64,000 bases of DNA from Dehalococcoidia bacterium (lineage in GTDB: Bacteria > Chloroflexota > Dehalococcoidia > UBA2979), in contig OZ244720.1 in the NCBI GenBank assembly GCA_965219085.1, positions 2,368,001 to 2,432,000 on the forward strand. Direction: 5' to 3'. The position numbers were made by a program, and so were the translations under genes. The notes beneath the pieces are model-generated. The model searched no databases, had not been told where the DNA came from, and saw nothing but the letters and a program-made list of their open reading frames with translations. How positions within the stretch are numbered: the stretch's first letter is position 1; every line of letters begins with the position of its first letter. Shown here piece after piece: positions 1 to 10,397 of the stretch.

Positions 1-420
1 CTGGTGGTCGGCACGGCGCTCCGCCCGGGCGTGACGACGGTCGTCAGCCGGTACGTCGTCGGCTACGATCGGGCGCGCGACGCGTACGCGCTGCGCGTCA
101 CCGCGCCGCTGCCCACCGATCACATGGAGGTCGCCGTGCCGACGCGATTCGCGGACGACATCCGCCCGCTCGCCGGCTCCATCGACGCCGGCACGCGCGA
201 CGACGGCGGCGAGCCCACCACGCTCGTCGCGCGCGAGGGCGCTGCGGGGCCCGGGGAGTCGGTGAGTGTGCTCCTCGATGGCCTCGCGGGGCGCAACGCG
301 CCGAACCCGCTCACCGGCAGGGGCGGCGCGGCGGTCGCCGTCGCGCTGGCGCTCGCGATCATCGGCGGAGGCGCGGCGGTACTGCACCTCGCCGGCCGCC
401 GCGACGGGGCGACGGCGTGA
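1..420 (+). CDS. C-terminal part of a membrane-anchored hypothetical protein (5' end outside window)
   Basis: Frame is open from the window edge; C-terminal hydrophobic helix (AAVAVALALAIIGGGAAVLHL); its stop overlaps the ccmA start (GTGA). Confidence 0.55.
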   Translation: MVVGTALRPGVTTVVSRYVVGYDRARDAYALRVTAPLPTDHMEVAVPTRFADDIRPLAGSIDAGTRDDGGEPTTLVAREGAAGPGESVSVLLDGLAGRNAPNPLTGRGGAAVAVALALAIIGGGAAVLHLAGRRDGATA

Positions 421-1073
421 TCGAGGCGCGCGGGCTCACCCGGCGCTTCGGCGGCGCCGTCGCGCTGGACCGCGCGAGCTTCGAGGTGCCCGACGGCGCG
501 AAGGCCGCGCTCTTCGGCGCGAACGGCGCGGGCAAGACCACGCTCCTCGCCGTGCTCTCGACGCTCCTCGCGCCGACCGAGGGCGACGCCACCGTCGCGG
601 GCCACGACCTGCGCAACGCGCCCGGCGATGTGCGCGCCTCGATCGGCGTGCTGACGCATCGCCCGATGCTCTACGAGGAGCTGACGCCGCGCGAGAACCT
701 CGAGTTCTTCGCGCGCCTCTACGGCGTCGAGGGCGCGGCCGCACGCGTCGAGGAGCTGCTGCGGCGGGTGGGGCTGTGGACGCGCCGCGACGAGCAGGTC
801 GCCGTGCTGTCGCACGGCTTCCACCAGCGACTCGCGATCGCCCGCGTGGTGCTGCACCGCCCTCACGTGCTGCTGCTCGACGAGCCGGAGACGGGCCTCG
901 ACCGCGACGGGCTGGCGCTGCTCGACGAGCTCGTACTGCGCGCGCCCGGCGTCACCGTGCTCGCCGCCACCCACCAGCGCGAGCGCGCCGAGGACTGGGC
1001 GGAACTGGTCATCGAGCTCGACCGCGGGCGCGTCCTCGAATCCGCCCCGGAGCCGGCGAGGGTGGGCGTGTGA
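417..1073 (+). CDS. ccmA: heme export ABC transporter ATP-binding protein
   Basis: Walker A GANGAGKT, LSHGFHQR signature variant, LLLDEP; first of a ccmB/C/D run. Confidence 0.88.
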   Translation: MIEARGLTRRFGGAVALDRASFEVPDGAKAALFGANGAGKTTLLAVLSTLLAPTEGDATVAGHDLRNAPGDVRASIGVLTHRPMLYEELTPRENLEFFARLYGVEGAAARVEELLRRVGLWTRRDEQVAVLSHGFHQRLAIARVVLHRPHVLLLDEPETGLDRDGLALLDELVLRAPGVTVLAATHQRERAEDWAELVIELDRGRVLESAPEPARVGV

Positions 1074-1726
1074 GCGCCGCCGGTGCCGTGCTCGCCAAGG
1101 ATCTGCGCCTGCTGTGGCGGCAGCGCGCCGGGTGGCTCTCGGCCGGCGTCTTCGCCGCGATCAGCGTGCTCACCTACTCGTTCGCGCTCGACCTCGCGAC
1201 GGGCGAGGTGCGGCCGCTGCTGCCGGGCGTGCTGTGGGTGACGTTCCTGTTCGCCGGGATCATCGCGAGCGGGCGCTCGTTCGCCGCTGAGATGGAGCAA
1301 GGCACGTTCGACGCGCTGATGGTCGCGCCGGTGTCGCGCACGGCGCTCTACGCGGCGAAGGTGGCGAGCAACCTGCTGGCCCTGCTGCTGATCGAACTGG
1401 CCGTACTGGTGCTGGCGACTATCCTCTTCAATACCTCGCTGCTCACCCTGGAGTTGATCGCGATCATGGCCCTCGGCACCGTCGGCTACGTCAGCCTCAC
1501 GACGCTGCTCTCCACGCTCGGCAGCCGCGTGCGCTCGCGCGAGGTGCTGATGCCGGTCCTGGCGCTGCCGCTCCTCGTGCCGCTGCTCATCGCCGCCGTG
1601 CGCGCGACGGGCGGTGCGCTCGACCTGCCGACGGGCGGCTACTCGTGGATCCTGCTGCTCGCGGGCTTCACCGTCTGGAGCGCGCTGGGCAGCGCGCTGC
1701 TGTTCCCGCTGGTGGCCGAGCAATGA
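1070..1726 (+). CDS. ccmB: heme exporter membrane protein CcmB
   Basis: GTG start overlaps the ccmA stop; KDLR..., PGVLW, RSFxxExEQGTFDAL, LMPVLALPLLVP motifs; about 6 TM helices. Confidence 0.88.
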   Translation: MSAAGAVLAKDLRLLWRQRAGWLSAGVFAAISVLTYSFALDLATGEVRPLLPGVLWVTFLFAGIIASGRSFAAEMEQGTFDALMVAPVSRTALYAAKVASNLLALLLIELAVLVLATILFNTSLLTLELIAIMALGTVGYVSLTTLLSTLGSRVRSREVLMPVLALPLLVPLLIAAVRATGGALDLPTGGYSWILLLAGFTVWSALGSALLFPLVAEQ

Positions 1727-2550
1727 GCACCGGCGCCCCCTCGGTCACCTCCGTGGCCGCAGGCGGCCCCTCGGGCCTCCTGGGCGCCCTGTGGGCGGTC
1801 GTGGGGCCGGTGTACAGAGCGCGCTGGACGGTGCTGCCTCCGCTCACCGGCGTCGCGATGCTGGCGATGCTCGTCGGCGCGGTCGTGGTCGCGCCGCGCG
1901 AGGCGATCGAGGGCGAGGTGCAGCGCATCTTCTACATCCACGTGCCCTCCGCGATCGCGGCCTACCTCGCGTACTCCGTCGTCTTCGTATGCTCGATCCT
2001 CGTGCTCTGGCGCAGCGACCTGCGCTTCGACGCGGTCGCGCGGGCGGCGGCGACCGTCGGGGTGCTGTTCACGGCGCTGACGCTGGCGACGGGCGCGATC
2101 TGGGGCAAGCCGGTCTGGGGCACGTGGTGGGCGTGGGACGCGCGCCTCACGAGCACCCTCGTGCTGCTGCTCATCTACAGCGGCTACCTGCTCGCGCGCA
2201 GCCTCTCCGACGCGACGGACGTGCGCGCCGCGCGCTACGCGGCGGTGTTCGCGATCATAGGCGGCGCCGACATCCCGATCATCAACATGTCGGTGCGCTG
2301 GTGGCGCACCCTCCACCCCGATCCCATCGTCACGAGGGTCCTCGGCGACCAGGCGTTGCCGACCTCGATGCTGCTGGTGCTGATGCTGGGCATGGCGGCG
2401 GTCATGCTGCTCACGCTCTGGCTGCTCTCGCTGCGCGCGGAGACCGAGCGCATCGGCGTCGAGGCCGCCGAGCTGCGCGCCCACGTCGACCGCATCGAGG
2501 CGGGATCGACGGGTCGTGCGCCGGCGCTGCCGGGGACGGGCGGGACGTAG
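1723..2550 (+). CDS. ccmC: heme exporter / cytochrome c biogenesis protein CcmC
   Basis: WWD domain WGKPVWGTWWAWDARLT, RIFYIHVP and WWRTLHP His ligands. Confidence 0.93.
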   Translation: MSTGAPSVTSVAAGGPSGLLGALWAVVGPVYRARWTVLPPLTGVAMLAMLVGAVVVAPREAIEGEVQRIFYIHVPSAIAAYLAYSVVFVCSILVLWRSDLRFDAVARAAATVGVLFTALTLATGAIWGKPVWGTWWAWDARLTSTLVLLLIYSGYLLARSLSDATDVRAARYAAVFAIIGGADIPIINMSVRWWRTLHPDPIVTRVLGDQALPTSMLLVLMLGMAAVMLLTLWLLSLRAETERIGVEAAELRAHVDRIEAGSTGRAPALPGTGGT

Positions 2551-2732
2551 TGGACTACCTCGAGTTCCTGTTCGCGGGGTTCGCGGTGTTCTGGGCGGGC
2601 CTGTTCATCTACCTGCTGTGGCTACAGGCGCGGCTGCGCAGCGTGCAGCGCGAGCTGGAGACGCTCAAGGAGCGCCTCGACGAGCAGGAGGCCGAGCAGC
2701 GGGCGGGATCGGTCGCACCGCCGGCCACGTGA
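2550..2732 (+). CDS. ccmD: CcmD family small membrane protein
   Basis: 60 aa, GTG start overlapping the ccmC stop; N-terminal TM (YLEFLFAGFAVFWAGLFIYLLWL) followed by a charged coiled tail. Confidence 0.75.
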   Translation: MDYLEFLFAGFAVFWAGLFIYLLWLQARLRSVQRELETLKERLDEQEAEQRAGSVAPPAT

Positions 2733-2818
2733 GCGTGTGCCGCGAGGCGTCTGCCACAGCGCGTGACGAGGCTGAGCGGTACGATGCATGGAACCTCGCC
2801 GGCACACAGGAGCAGCGA

Positions 2819-3767
2819 GTGACGCGTTACCAGGCACTGGCCGTGACGACCGTCGGCGCGACGCTCGTGCTGATCACCATCGGCGCGATCGTGCGCACGA
2901 CAGGCTCCGGTCTCGGCTGCCCGGACTGGCCGCTGTGCCACGGCCAGCTCCTGCCGCCCGCCGAGCGCACCGCGATCATCGAATACACGCACCGCTCGGC
3001 CGCCGCCATCGTGGGGCTGCTGATCGTCGCCACCGCGGCCGTCGCGCTGCTGCAGCGGCGAGGCGACGCGGTCGTGCGCAACCTCGCGATTGCGTCCGTC
3101 GTGCTGCTCGCCGTGCAGGCGTGGCTCGGCAAGGAGACCGTGGAGCGCGAGCTGCCGCCCGAGATCGTGACGGTGCACCTCGGGGCGGCGCTGACGCTGC
3201 TGGCCATGCTCAGCGCGCTCACCGTGTTCGCGTTCTACGGCCCGGAGCGGCGTCGCATCGAGAGCCGTGAGCGCGCGTCGTTCGTGCGATTGGCGACGGT
3301 GACGTCTGCGATCCTGCTGGTCATCCTCCTCGGCGGCTCCTACGTGGTCGGCTCCGACTCCACGACCGCATGCACGACGTGGCCCGGCTGCCTGCAGGCG
3401 CCGATACCGTTCGTCGAGGGCGTGCTGGAGCAGCACATCCACTGGGCGCACCGCCTGAGCACGCTCGTCGGCCTCGGCGCCGTGGGGTTCGTCGCGCTGA
3501 GCGCGACAGAGCTGCGAGGGCCGCTTGCAGAGCGGCTACAGGCCGCGTCGATGGGGCTGCTGGGGCTCTACGGCCTCCAGATGCTGATCGGCGCGGCGAA
3601 CATCTGGACCACGTTCTCCGACGTCGTGCGCGCCTCGCACCTCGCCCTGGGTGCGTCGATCTGGGCGCTCGCGGTGCTCATCGTCGTCGCCGCGGCCTAC
3701 CAGCCCGGTGAGGCGACGCAAGAGGCCGAGTCGCCGCGGCCGGCGGGCGATCGACGGGAGCCGGCGC

Positions 3768-3775
<8 letters not shown>
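2819..3775 (+). CDS. ctaA: heme A synthase (COX15/CtaA family)
   Basis: GSGLGCPDWPLC, IEYTHR and HWAHR motifs; about 8 TM helices; GTG start after a GGAG RBS. Confidence 0.88.
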
Positions 3776-4664
<889 letters not shown>

Positions 4665-4667
4665 GCG

Positions 4668-5513
4668 CTAGCCTTCGACCTCGAGCACGCGCAGGAGGAC
4701 GGACCCAGCGGGGGCCCGCACCTCCACCTCGTCGCCCGGCACGTGGTCGATGACCGCGCTGCCGACGGGCGACTCGACCGAGATCTTGCCGTCGGCCGGG
4801 TCGACCTCGCTGGGGCTCACGAGCTGGAACGTCTGCTCGCGGTCCATGCTGAGGTTCAACACCTTCACGGTGGAGCCGACGTTGGCGCGTCCGTGCTTGG
4901 TCTCCGGGTCGATGATCACGGCATGGCGCAGCTGGTCCTCGATCGAGCGGATCCGCGCCTCGAGATGGGCCTGCTGATCGCGGGCGGCGTCGAGAGGCGC
5001 GTTCTCGCGGAAGTCCTTGTCGGCCATGGCCGCGCGGAGCTCACTGGCGATCTGAGGGCGGCGCGCCTTCAGCCCCTCGAGCTCCTGTTCGAGGGCGGCG
5101 ACGCCCTCGATCGTCACGTAGTAGGCCTTTCCGCCGAGCTCGGCCGCCGCGCCGGCGCCGCCGCGTGCTCCGCCCGCGCGCTCTCCGAGGCGCAGGTGAG
5201 GCACGAGGTTCTCCTCCGTGAAGGCCAGGCGTGACGCATAGGCGAGGAACGCGCGGAGCGGTTCGATCTGGGCTGCGGCCGCCTCGTCGAGCTCGCTGCT
5301 CTCAGTATCGTCGTCGGCGCCGCCGAGCGCGTCGGGGAAGCGCTCACGCAGGTACGCGTCGATCTCCTCGCCAGTGAGCTTGCCCATCTCACGCTCGGCA
5401 CCGACCCACTCCACGAAGCGCTCAATCTCGGGGCGCTCGTCACGGGCCTTCTCGGGCTCGATTGCGTTAAGGAAGTGTGCGCTGGCGTTGCCGGCGCTGA
5501 TAGCCTCGGCCAT
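4668..5513 (-). CDS. greA: GreA/GreB-family transcription elongation factor with ~120-aa N-terminal helical extension
   Basis: C-terminal YVTIEG...DFRENAPLDAAR...GKISVESPVGSA GreA signature; extra N-terminal domain. Confidence 0.85.
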   Translation of the reverse strand: MAEAISAGNASAHFLNAIEPEKARDERPEIERFVEWVGAEREMGKLTGEEIDAYLRERFPDALGGADDDTESSELDEAAAAQIEPLRAFLAYASRLAFTEENLVPHLRLGERAGGARGGAGAAAELGGKAYYVTIEGVAALEQELEGLKARRPQIASELRAAMADKDFRENAPLDAARDQQAHLEARIRSIEDQLRHAVIIDPETKHGRANVGSTVKVLNLSMDREQTFQLVSPSEVDPADGKISVESPVGSAVIDHVPGDEVEVRAPAGSVLLRVLEVEG

Positions 5514-5683
5514 CGGCGATCAATCCCTGCTCCATCGGAGGCCGTGCTGCCGGAGTCGCGGGGCGCTTGCCCGTATGTGCGCAGCCGCCCCACGTTCGGT
5601 CGTGAGGCGCGCGAAACTCGAGTGACCGAGCGCCCCTGGTCAGCTTTCGGGTACGGTTCAGTCTAGAAGATAGACGGGACACG

Positions 5684-6454
5684 GTGTCAACGGGTCACCA
5701 CCCTCACGCGGGCGAACTCGCGAGCCTCACGACGCTCGAGGAGGAGGCCACGCGGCTCGGAGTGCCGCTCGACGCAGCCGCCCTGACGCGTTTTGAGCGC
5801 TACCTCAGGCTCATGGAGGCCTGGCGCGACCGCGCCGGCCTCACCTCGGTCACCGATCCCGCGGCCGTGCAGCGACGCCACTTCGGCGAGTCGCTCGCGC
5901 TGCTGGTCGCGCTGCGCGCGGCGGGCGTCTTGCCGGCCGGCGAGCCCGCCGGGGTCGTCGACGTGGGGGCGGGCGCGGGGTTCCCGGGCGTGCCGTTGCG
6001 CATCGTCGAGCCCGCGCTGCGGCTGACGCTCATCGAGTCCCACGGGCGGCGAGCGCGCTTCCTGGAGACCCTGGTGGACGAACTGGAACTCGGCGACGTC
6101 GAGGTGGTCACGGCGCGTGCCGAGGAGGCGGGCCGCGATCCGGCGTGCCGCGAGCGCTTCGACGTCGCGGTCGCGCGCGCGCTCGCGCCGCTGCCCGTGC
6201 TGGTCGAGTATCTGCTGCCGTTGCTGCGCCCCGGCGGCGTCATGGCCGCACCCAAGGGGAGCGGCGCCGCGCGTGAGCTCGGCGCGGCAGCGGCCGCCAT
6301 CGAGGCGCTCGGGGGATGTGCCGAGGATCCCGTGCCGCTATCGCTACCGGAGGGGGCGGGCCCGCAACAGGTGGTGATCGTGCGCCGCTGCGGCGAGCTG
6401 CCGGAGCGCTTCCCGCGCCGTCCGGGCATTCCCGCCAAGCGCCCGCTAAGCTAG
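5684..6454 (+). CDS. rsmG: 16S rRNA m7G527 methyltransferase
   Basis: RHFGESL, DVGAGAGFPGVPL, RAEEAG, ARALA, FPRRPGIPAKRPL. Confidence 0.93.
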   Translation: MSTGHHPHAGELASLTTLEEEATRLGVPLDAAALTRFERYLRLMEAWRDRAGLTSVTDPAAVQRRHFGESLALLVALRAAGVLPAGEPAGVVDVGAGAGFPGVPLRIVEPALRLTLIESHGRRARFLETLVDELELGDVEVVTARAEEAGRDPACRERFDVAVARALAPLPVLVEYLLPLLRPGGVMAAPKGSGAARELGAAAAAIEALGGCAEDPVPLSLPEGAGPQQVVIVRRCGELPERFPRRPGIPAKRPLS

Positions 6455-6494
6455 CAGGGCTTGCCGCTCCCACACGTGCTTGAGGGGGCCGACG

Positions 6495-7088
6495 GTGGCA
6501 CAACTCGGACTGACATTCGCGCGCCTCGCGCGCCTCGCGCGCTTCGACCTCGACGTGCTGGACGAGTTGCGGCGCGACTCCGGCGCGACCGCCCCGGCGC
6601 TCGTGGTGGCGATCTGCTCGATGCTGCTCTACGGCGTCGGCGGCTGGCTGTGGTGGGTGCGCGACGACTTCAGCGAAGCCGGGACGCTGCTCCTCAAAAG
6701 CGTCGCGATCGGCACGTTGTTCGCGCTCGTGCTGTGGCTCGCGTGGCTACTCGTGGTGTACCTGGTGCTGCTGCGGGTGGCGCGCGTGATGGCGCCTGTC
6801 GATCAGCTGCTGCGAGCCGCCGGATTCGCCGCGACGCCCCTGGTGGTGGGCCTGCTCATGGTGGTGCCCGGGGTCTCCGTGGGGGTCGGTGTGCTGGCGC
6901 TTGGCGGTTGGCTGGTGTTCACGCAGAGCGCGGTCGAGCGCTGCGCGCCGCGCGCCGGTGGCATCGCGGCGCTCGCGAACCTCGCCGGGTTCGCCGTATG
7001 GCTCGTGGTCATGTCGCTGCTCGCCCTCGGCGACGAGCCCCTTGTCCCCGGCGCGTTCCTCATCGAAGTGCTCTCAGGCGGCCGCTGA
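6495..7088 (+). CDS. hypothetical multi-pass membrane protein (YIP1-like topology)
   Basis: About 5 TM segments; GTG start after GAGGGG; family assignment tentative. Confidence 0.6.
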   Translation: MAQLGLTFARLARLARFDLDVLDELRRDSGATAPALVVAICSMLLYGVGGWLWWVRDDFSEAGTLLLKSVAIGTLFALVLWLAWLLVVYLVLLRVARVMAPVDQLLRAAGFAATPLVVGLLMVVPGVSVGVGVLALGGWLVFTQSAVERCAPRAGGIAALANLAGFAVWLVVMSLLALGDEPLVPGAFLIEVLSGGR

Positions 7089-7100
7089 GCGGCGCTGGGC

Positions 7101-7622
7101 CTACTCCAACAGCTCGCCGACGACGTGCTCGTAGACCTCGGCGGTCGCTGCGTCGAAGCACACGAACGTCACCTGCTCAGGCATCGAGTCGGCCTCGAGA
7201 GCCGCCACGACCTCGCGCACCGCGATGCGCGTCGCGCGCTCCAGCGGGAACCCATAGGCGCCGGTGCTGATCGCGGGGAAGGCGACCGTGGCCGCGTCGT
7301 GCGTGCGGGCGAGTTCCAGGCTCGATCGGTAGGCGCTGGCAAGGAGGTCGTCCTCGCCCTCGTCGCCGCCGGCCCAGACGGGGCCGACGGTGTGGATGAC
7401 ATACATAGCCGCCAGGTCGTACCCCATCGTGATGCGCGCCTCGCCCGTGGGGCAGCCGCCCAGGGGGCGGCACGCCTCGAGCAGCTCAGGGCCGGCGGCG
7501 CGGTGGATCGCGCCGTCGACGCCCCCGCCGCCGAGCAGGGTGCTGTTGGCGGCGTTCACGATCGCATCGACGGGCTGCTGCGTGATGTCGCCCTGCTCGA
7601 CGTGGATGCGGTTGGGCACCAT
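7101..7622 (-). CDS. macrodomain O-acetyl-ADP-ribose deacetylase (YmdB-like)
   Basis: GDIT...[47 protein letters not shown]. Confidence 0.93.
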   Translation of the reverse strand: MVPNRIHVEQGDITQQPVDAIVNAANSTLLGGGGVDGAIHRAAGPELLEACRPLGGCPTGEARITMGYDLAAMYVIHTVGPVWAGGDEGEDDLLASAYRSSLELARTHDAATVAFPAISTGAYGFPLERATRIAVREVVAALEADSMPEQVTFVCFDAATAEVYEHVVGELLE

Positions 7623-7706
7623 CGAGACCTCCCCGGGGCATTCTAGCGGCGGCGCCGGGCGCGCTTCGTGGGCGCAAGCGCCGGGGCGCGCTAGACTGTC
7701 CGGCGC

Positions 7707-7782
7707 GGGCCTGTAGCTCAGCTGGGAGAGCGCCACACTGGCAGTGTGGAGGTCAGGGGTTCGAGCCCCCTCAGGTCCACCA
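7707..7782 (+). tRNA. tRNA-Ala (GGC)
   Basis: 76-nt cloverleaf; acceptor GGGCCTG/CAGGTCC with G3:U70; anticodon loop CTGGCAG; GGTTCGA T-loop; encoded CCA. Confidence 0.97.
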
Positions 7783-7826
7783 CGACCCTGTCGGACGCCC
7801 TCCCCGACGCAAGGTGGAGCGTCTCC

Positions 7827-10019
7827 GTGACCGATGCACTCGCCCGAATCAGCTCGCGTAGACCGTGGGTCACCATCGGGCTGTGGGTGGCCGCGGTCGT
7901 CATCGCCCTCGCTGTGAGCGGGCAGCTCCTCGAGAGCGCGACCACGACCGAGCTGCGACTGTCCCGCGGCTTCGAGTCGGAGGACACGAGGCTGCTGCTG
8001 GAGCGGCGGTTCCCGAGCACCCAGCAGGTCCAGGAAGTCGTGATCGTCCAGTCGGACTCGCTGACCGTGGACGACCCGGCCTTCCGCGAGCAGGTCAGCG
8101 AGGTCTTCGCCGCCATGAGCGGGCTGGGCGAAGACATCGTGGCCGGCGGGGTGCACTACTTCCTGCTGCCCGACGAGCGCCTCGTGTCCGCCGATCGCAA
8201 GACCACGATCATCCCGTTGGCGATGACCGGGTCGCTGGCCGAGGCCGAACGCAACGTCGAGCACGTCTTCGACACCATCGACGAGGTGAACACCACCGAC
8301 GAGTTCCGCGTGCTGATCGTGGGCGCCGCGAGCATCTCCTACGAAAACAACGAGTTCGCGCTGCGGGACCTGGAGCAGGGAGAACGGTTCGGGGTCCCCG
8401 TCGCGCTCCTCATCCTGCTCGTGCTCTTCGGGGCCGTGGTGGCGGCTCTGGTGCCCATCGGCCTGGCGATCGTGGCGATCATCATCGCGCTGGGCCTGGT
8501 CGCGATCATCGGGCAGGTCTACGAGCTGGTGTTCTTTGTCACCCTGATGATCACGATGATCGGACTGGCGGTCGGCATCGACTACTCGCTGATCATGATC
8601 TCTCGCTTCCGCGACGAGATGGGCCGAGGCCTGTCCGTCGCAGAGGCCGTCGAGCGCACGGGCGCCACAGCCGGGCGCACGGTGCTGTTCAGCGGCGTGA
8701 CCGTGGTGATCGCGCTGTTCGGGCTGTTCATCGTGCCGATGGCGTTCTTCCGCTCGCTCGGGCTTGGGGCGGTGCTCGTGGTGATCGTCGAGTTGGTGGC
8801 GACGCTGACGCTGTTGCCGGCCGTGCTCATGCTCCTCGGCCCCAACGTGAACCGGCTGTCGCTCCCGTTCATCGGGAAGGGCCGCACACGAGGTTCGCGG
8901 CAAGGCGCCGCGTCTGGCGGCGGGTTCTGGGACTTCACGACGCGACTCGTCATCCGGTTCCCGGTGATCGGGCTCCTCGCCGTCGGCATCCCGATGGTGG
9001 CCGTGACCTCGTTCTACTTCGACATCCGCACGGGCCTGAACGGCGTGGACACCTTCCCGGAGGGCTCGAGGACGCGGGAAGCCTTCCTCGCACTCGAGGC
9101 CGACCCCACGCTCTCGTTCGGCGTCGCCAACCCGGTCGAGATCGCCATCGACGGCGATCCGGAAGACCCGCGGGTGCAGGCCGCGGTTGAGCGCCTGATC
9201 GTGTCGCTCGCGCCGATCTCTCCGGCGACGCCGCTGATCGACGTGAATCCCGAAGGCGACCTCGCGCTGATGCGCGTCGTACTCCCCGGTGAGCCGAGCA
9301 GCCCCGCCACGGTGGAGGCGGTCAACACCATTCGCGACGAACTTGTACCTGCCGCGTTCGCCGGTACTCCCGCCACGGCCATGGTGGGGGGCCTCAGCTC
9401 CGAGGCGAGCGACGTGTTCTCGATCATCGACCGCTACACGCCGATCGTGTTCGCGTTCGTGCTGGGCTTCAGCTTCATCGTGCTGATGCTGGTGTTCCGC
9501 TCGATCGTGATCCCGGTCAAGGCCGTGTTCATGAACCTGCTCTCGGTGGGCGCGGCGTACGGGATCCTCGTGCTCGTGTTCCAGAAGGGCGTGGCGAGGG
9601 AGTTACTGGGCTTCCAGCAAGCCGAAGTGATCGACGTGTGGATCCCGATCTTCCTGTTCACGATCCTGTTTGGGCTCTCCATGGACTACCACGTCTTCCT
9701 GCTCAGCCGCGTGCGCGAGCGCTACGACGCGACGGGCGACAACGCCGAGGCGGTGGCCTACGGGCTGCGCGAGACGGCGGGCATGATCACCGGGGCCGCG
9801 CTGATCATGGTCGCGGTCTTCGGCGCGTTCGCGTCCGGGCAGACGATCATCAACCAGCAGGTGGGGTTCGGACTCGCCCTCGCGGTGTTCCTCGACGCGA
9901 CGCTGGTGCGGTCGGTGCTCGTGCCGGCGAGCATGGAGCTGCTGGGCAGCCGTAACTGGTACCTGCCGTCGTGGCTGGAGTGGCTGCCCGATCTGCGCGT
10001 CGAGCCGGTCGAGTCATAG
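7827..10019 (+). CDS. MMPL/RND family transporter
   Basis: [10 protein letters not shown] and [18 protein letters not shown] repeats; C-terminal [12 protein letters not shown]. Confidence 0.92.
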   Translation: MTDALARISSRRPWVTIGLWVAAVVIALAVSGQLLESATTTELRLSRGFESEDTRLLLERRFPSTQQVQEVVIVQSDSLTVDDPAFREQVSEVFAAMSGLGEDIVAGGVHYFLLPDERLVSADRKTTIIPLAMTGSLAEAERNVEHVFDTIDEVNTTDEFRVLIVGAASISYENNEFALRDLEQGERFGVPVALLILLVLFGAVVAALVPIGLAIVAIIIALGLVAIIGQVYELVFFVTLMITMIGLAVGIDYSLIMISRFRDEMGRGLSVAEAVERTGATAGRTVLFSGVTVVIALFGLFIVPMAFFRSLGLGAVLVVIVELVATLTLLPAVLMLLGPNVNRLSLPFIGKGRTRGSRQGAASGGGFWDFTTRLVIRFPVIGLLAVGIPMVAVTSFYFDIRTGLNGVDTFPEGSRTREAFLALEADPTLSFGVANPVEIAIDGDPEDPRVQAAVERLIVSLAPISPATPLIDVNPEGDLALMRVVLPGEPSSPATVEAVNTIRDELVPAAFAGTPATAMVGGLSSEASDVFSIIDRYTPIVFAFVLGFSFIVLMLVFRSIVIPVKAVFMNLLSVGAAYGILVLVFQKGVARELLGFQQAEVIDVWIPIFLFTILFGLSMDYHVFLLSRVRERYDATGDNAEAVAYGLRETAGMITGAALIMVAVFGAFASGQTIINQQVGFGLALAVFLDATLVRSVLVPASMELLGSRNWYLPSWLEWLPDLRVEPVES

Positions 10020-10397
10020 AGCGGCCTGGAGCAGGGCGCGGGCCCTGTACATCTTCGCGACACCGGGTGAAGCGGTGGCGCGCGCTCGGGGCCCCCGCAC
10101 GGGGGTCCGTCGAGCGATGCCGGTTGACCCCGGCGGGCCTCTCGCCGCGACTGTCCCGGCGAAACCCGGGTTCGCTTGACGGGCCGCCTCTGCGGTATGA
10201 TCGCTTCGGATTGGGCTCTGGAGCACAGGCGGCGCGGAGGTGCAGCGACGTATGATGTCTCTGCTGGCTTATGAGCCACGCGACATCGCCATCGCACTCC
10301 CACGAGCGCACTCCCACACACCCGCCGTGTCAGCCGCGTCTCGCATCGCACTGCCCGAAGCGAGAGCGTGCCCGGAATGGATGTGGGAGTAGGCGCA

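Noticed and set aside
7623-8903. Long N-terminal extension of the macrodomain ORF
   Set aside because: Overlaps tRNA-Ala and MMPL antisense; the real start is the ATG at 7622 with a GGAGG RBS.
10176-10201. TTGACG...TATGAT promoter
   Set aside because: Spacer is only 14 bp; the -10 may be real but this pairing is unsupported.
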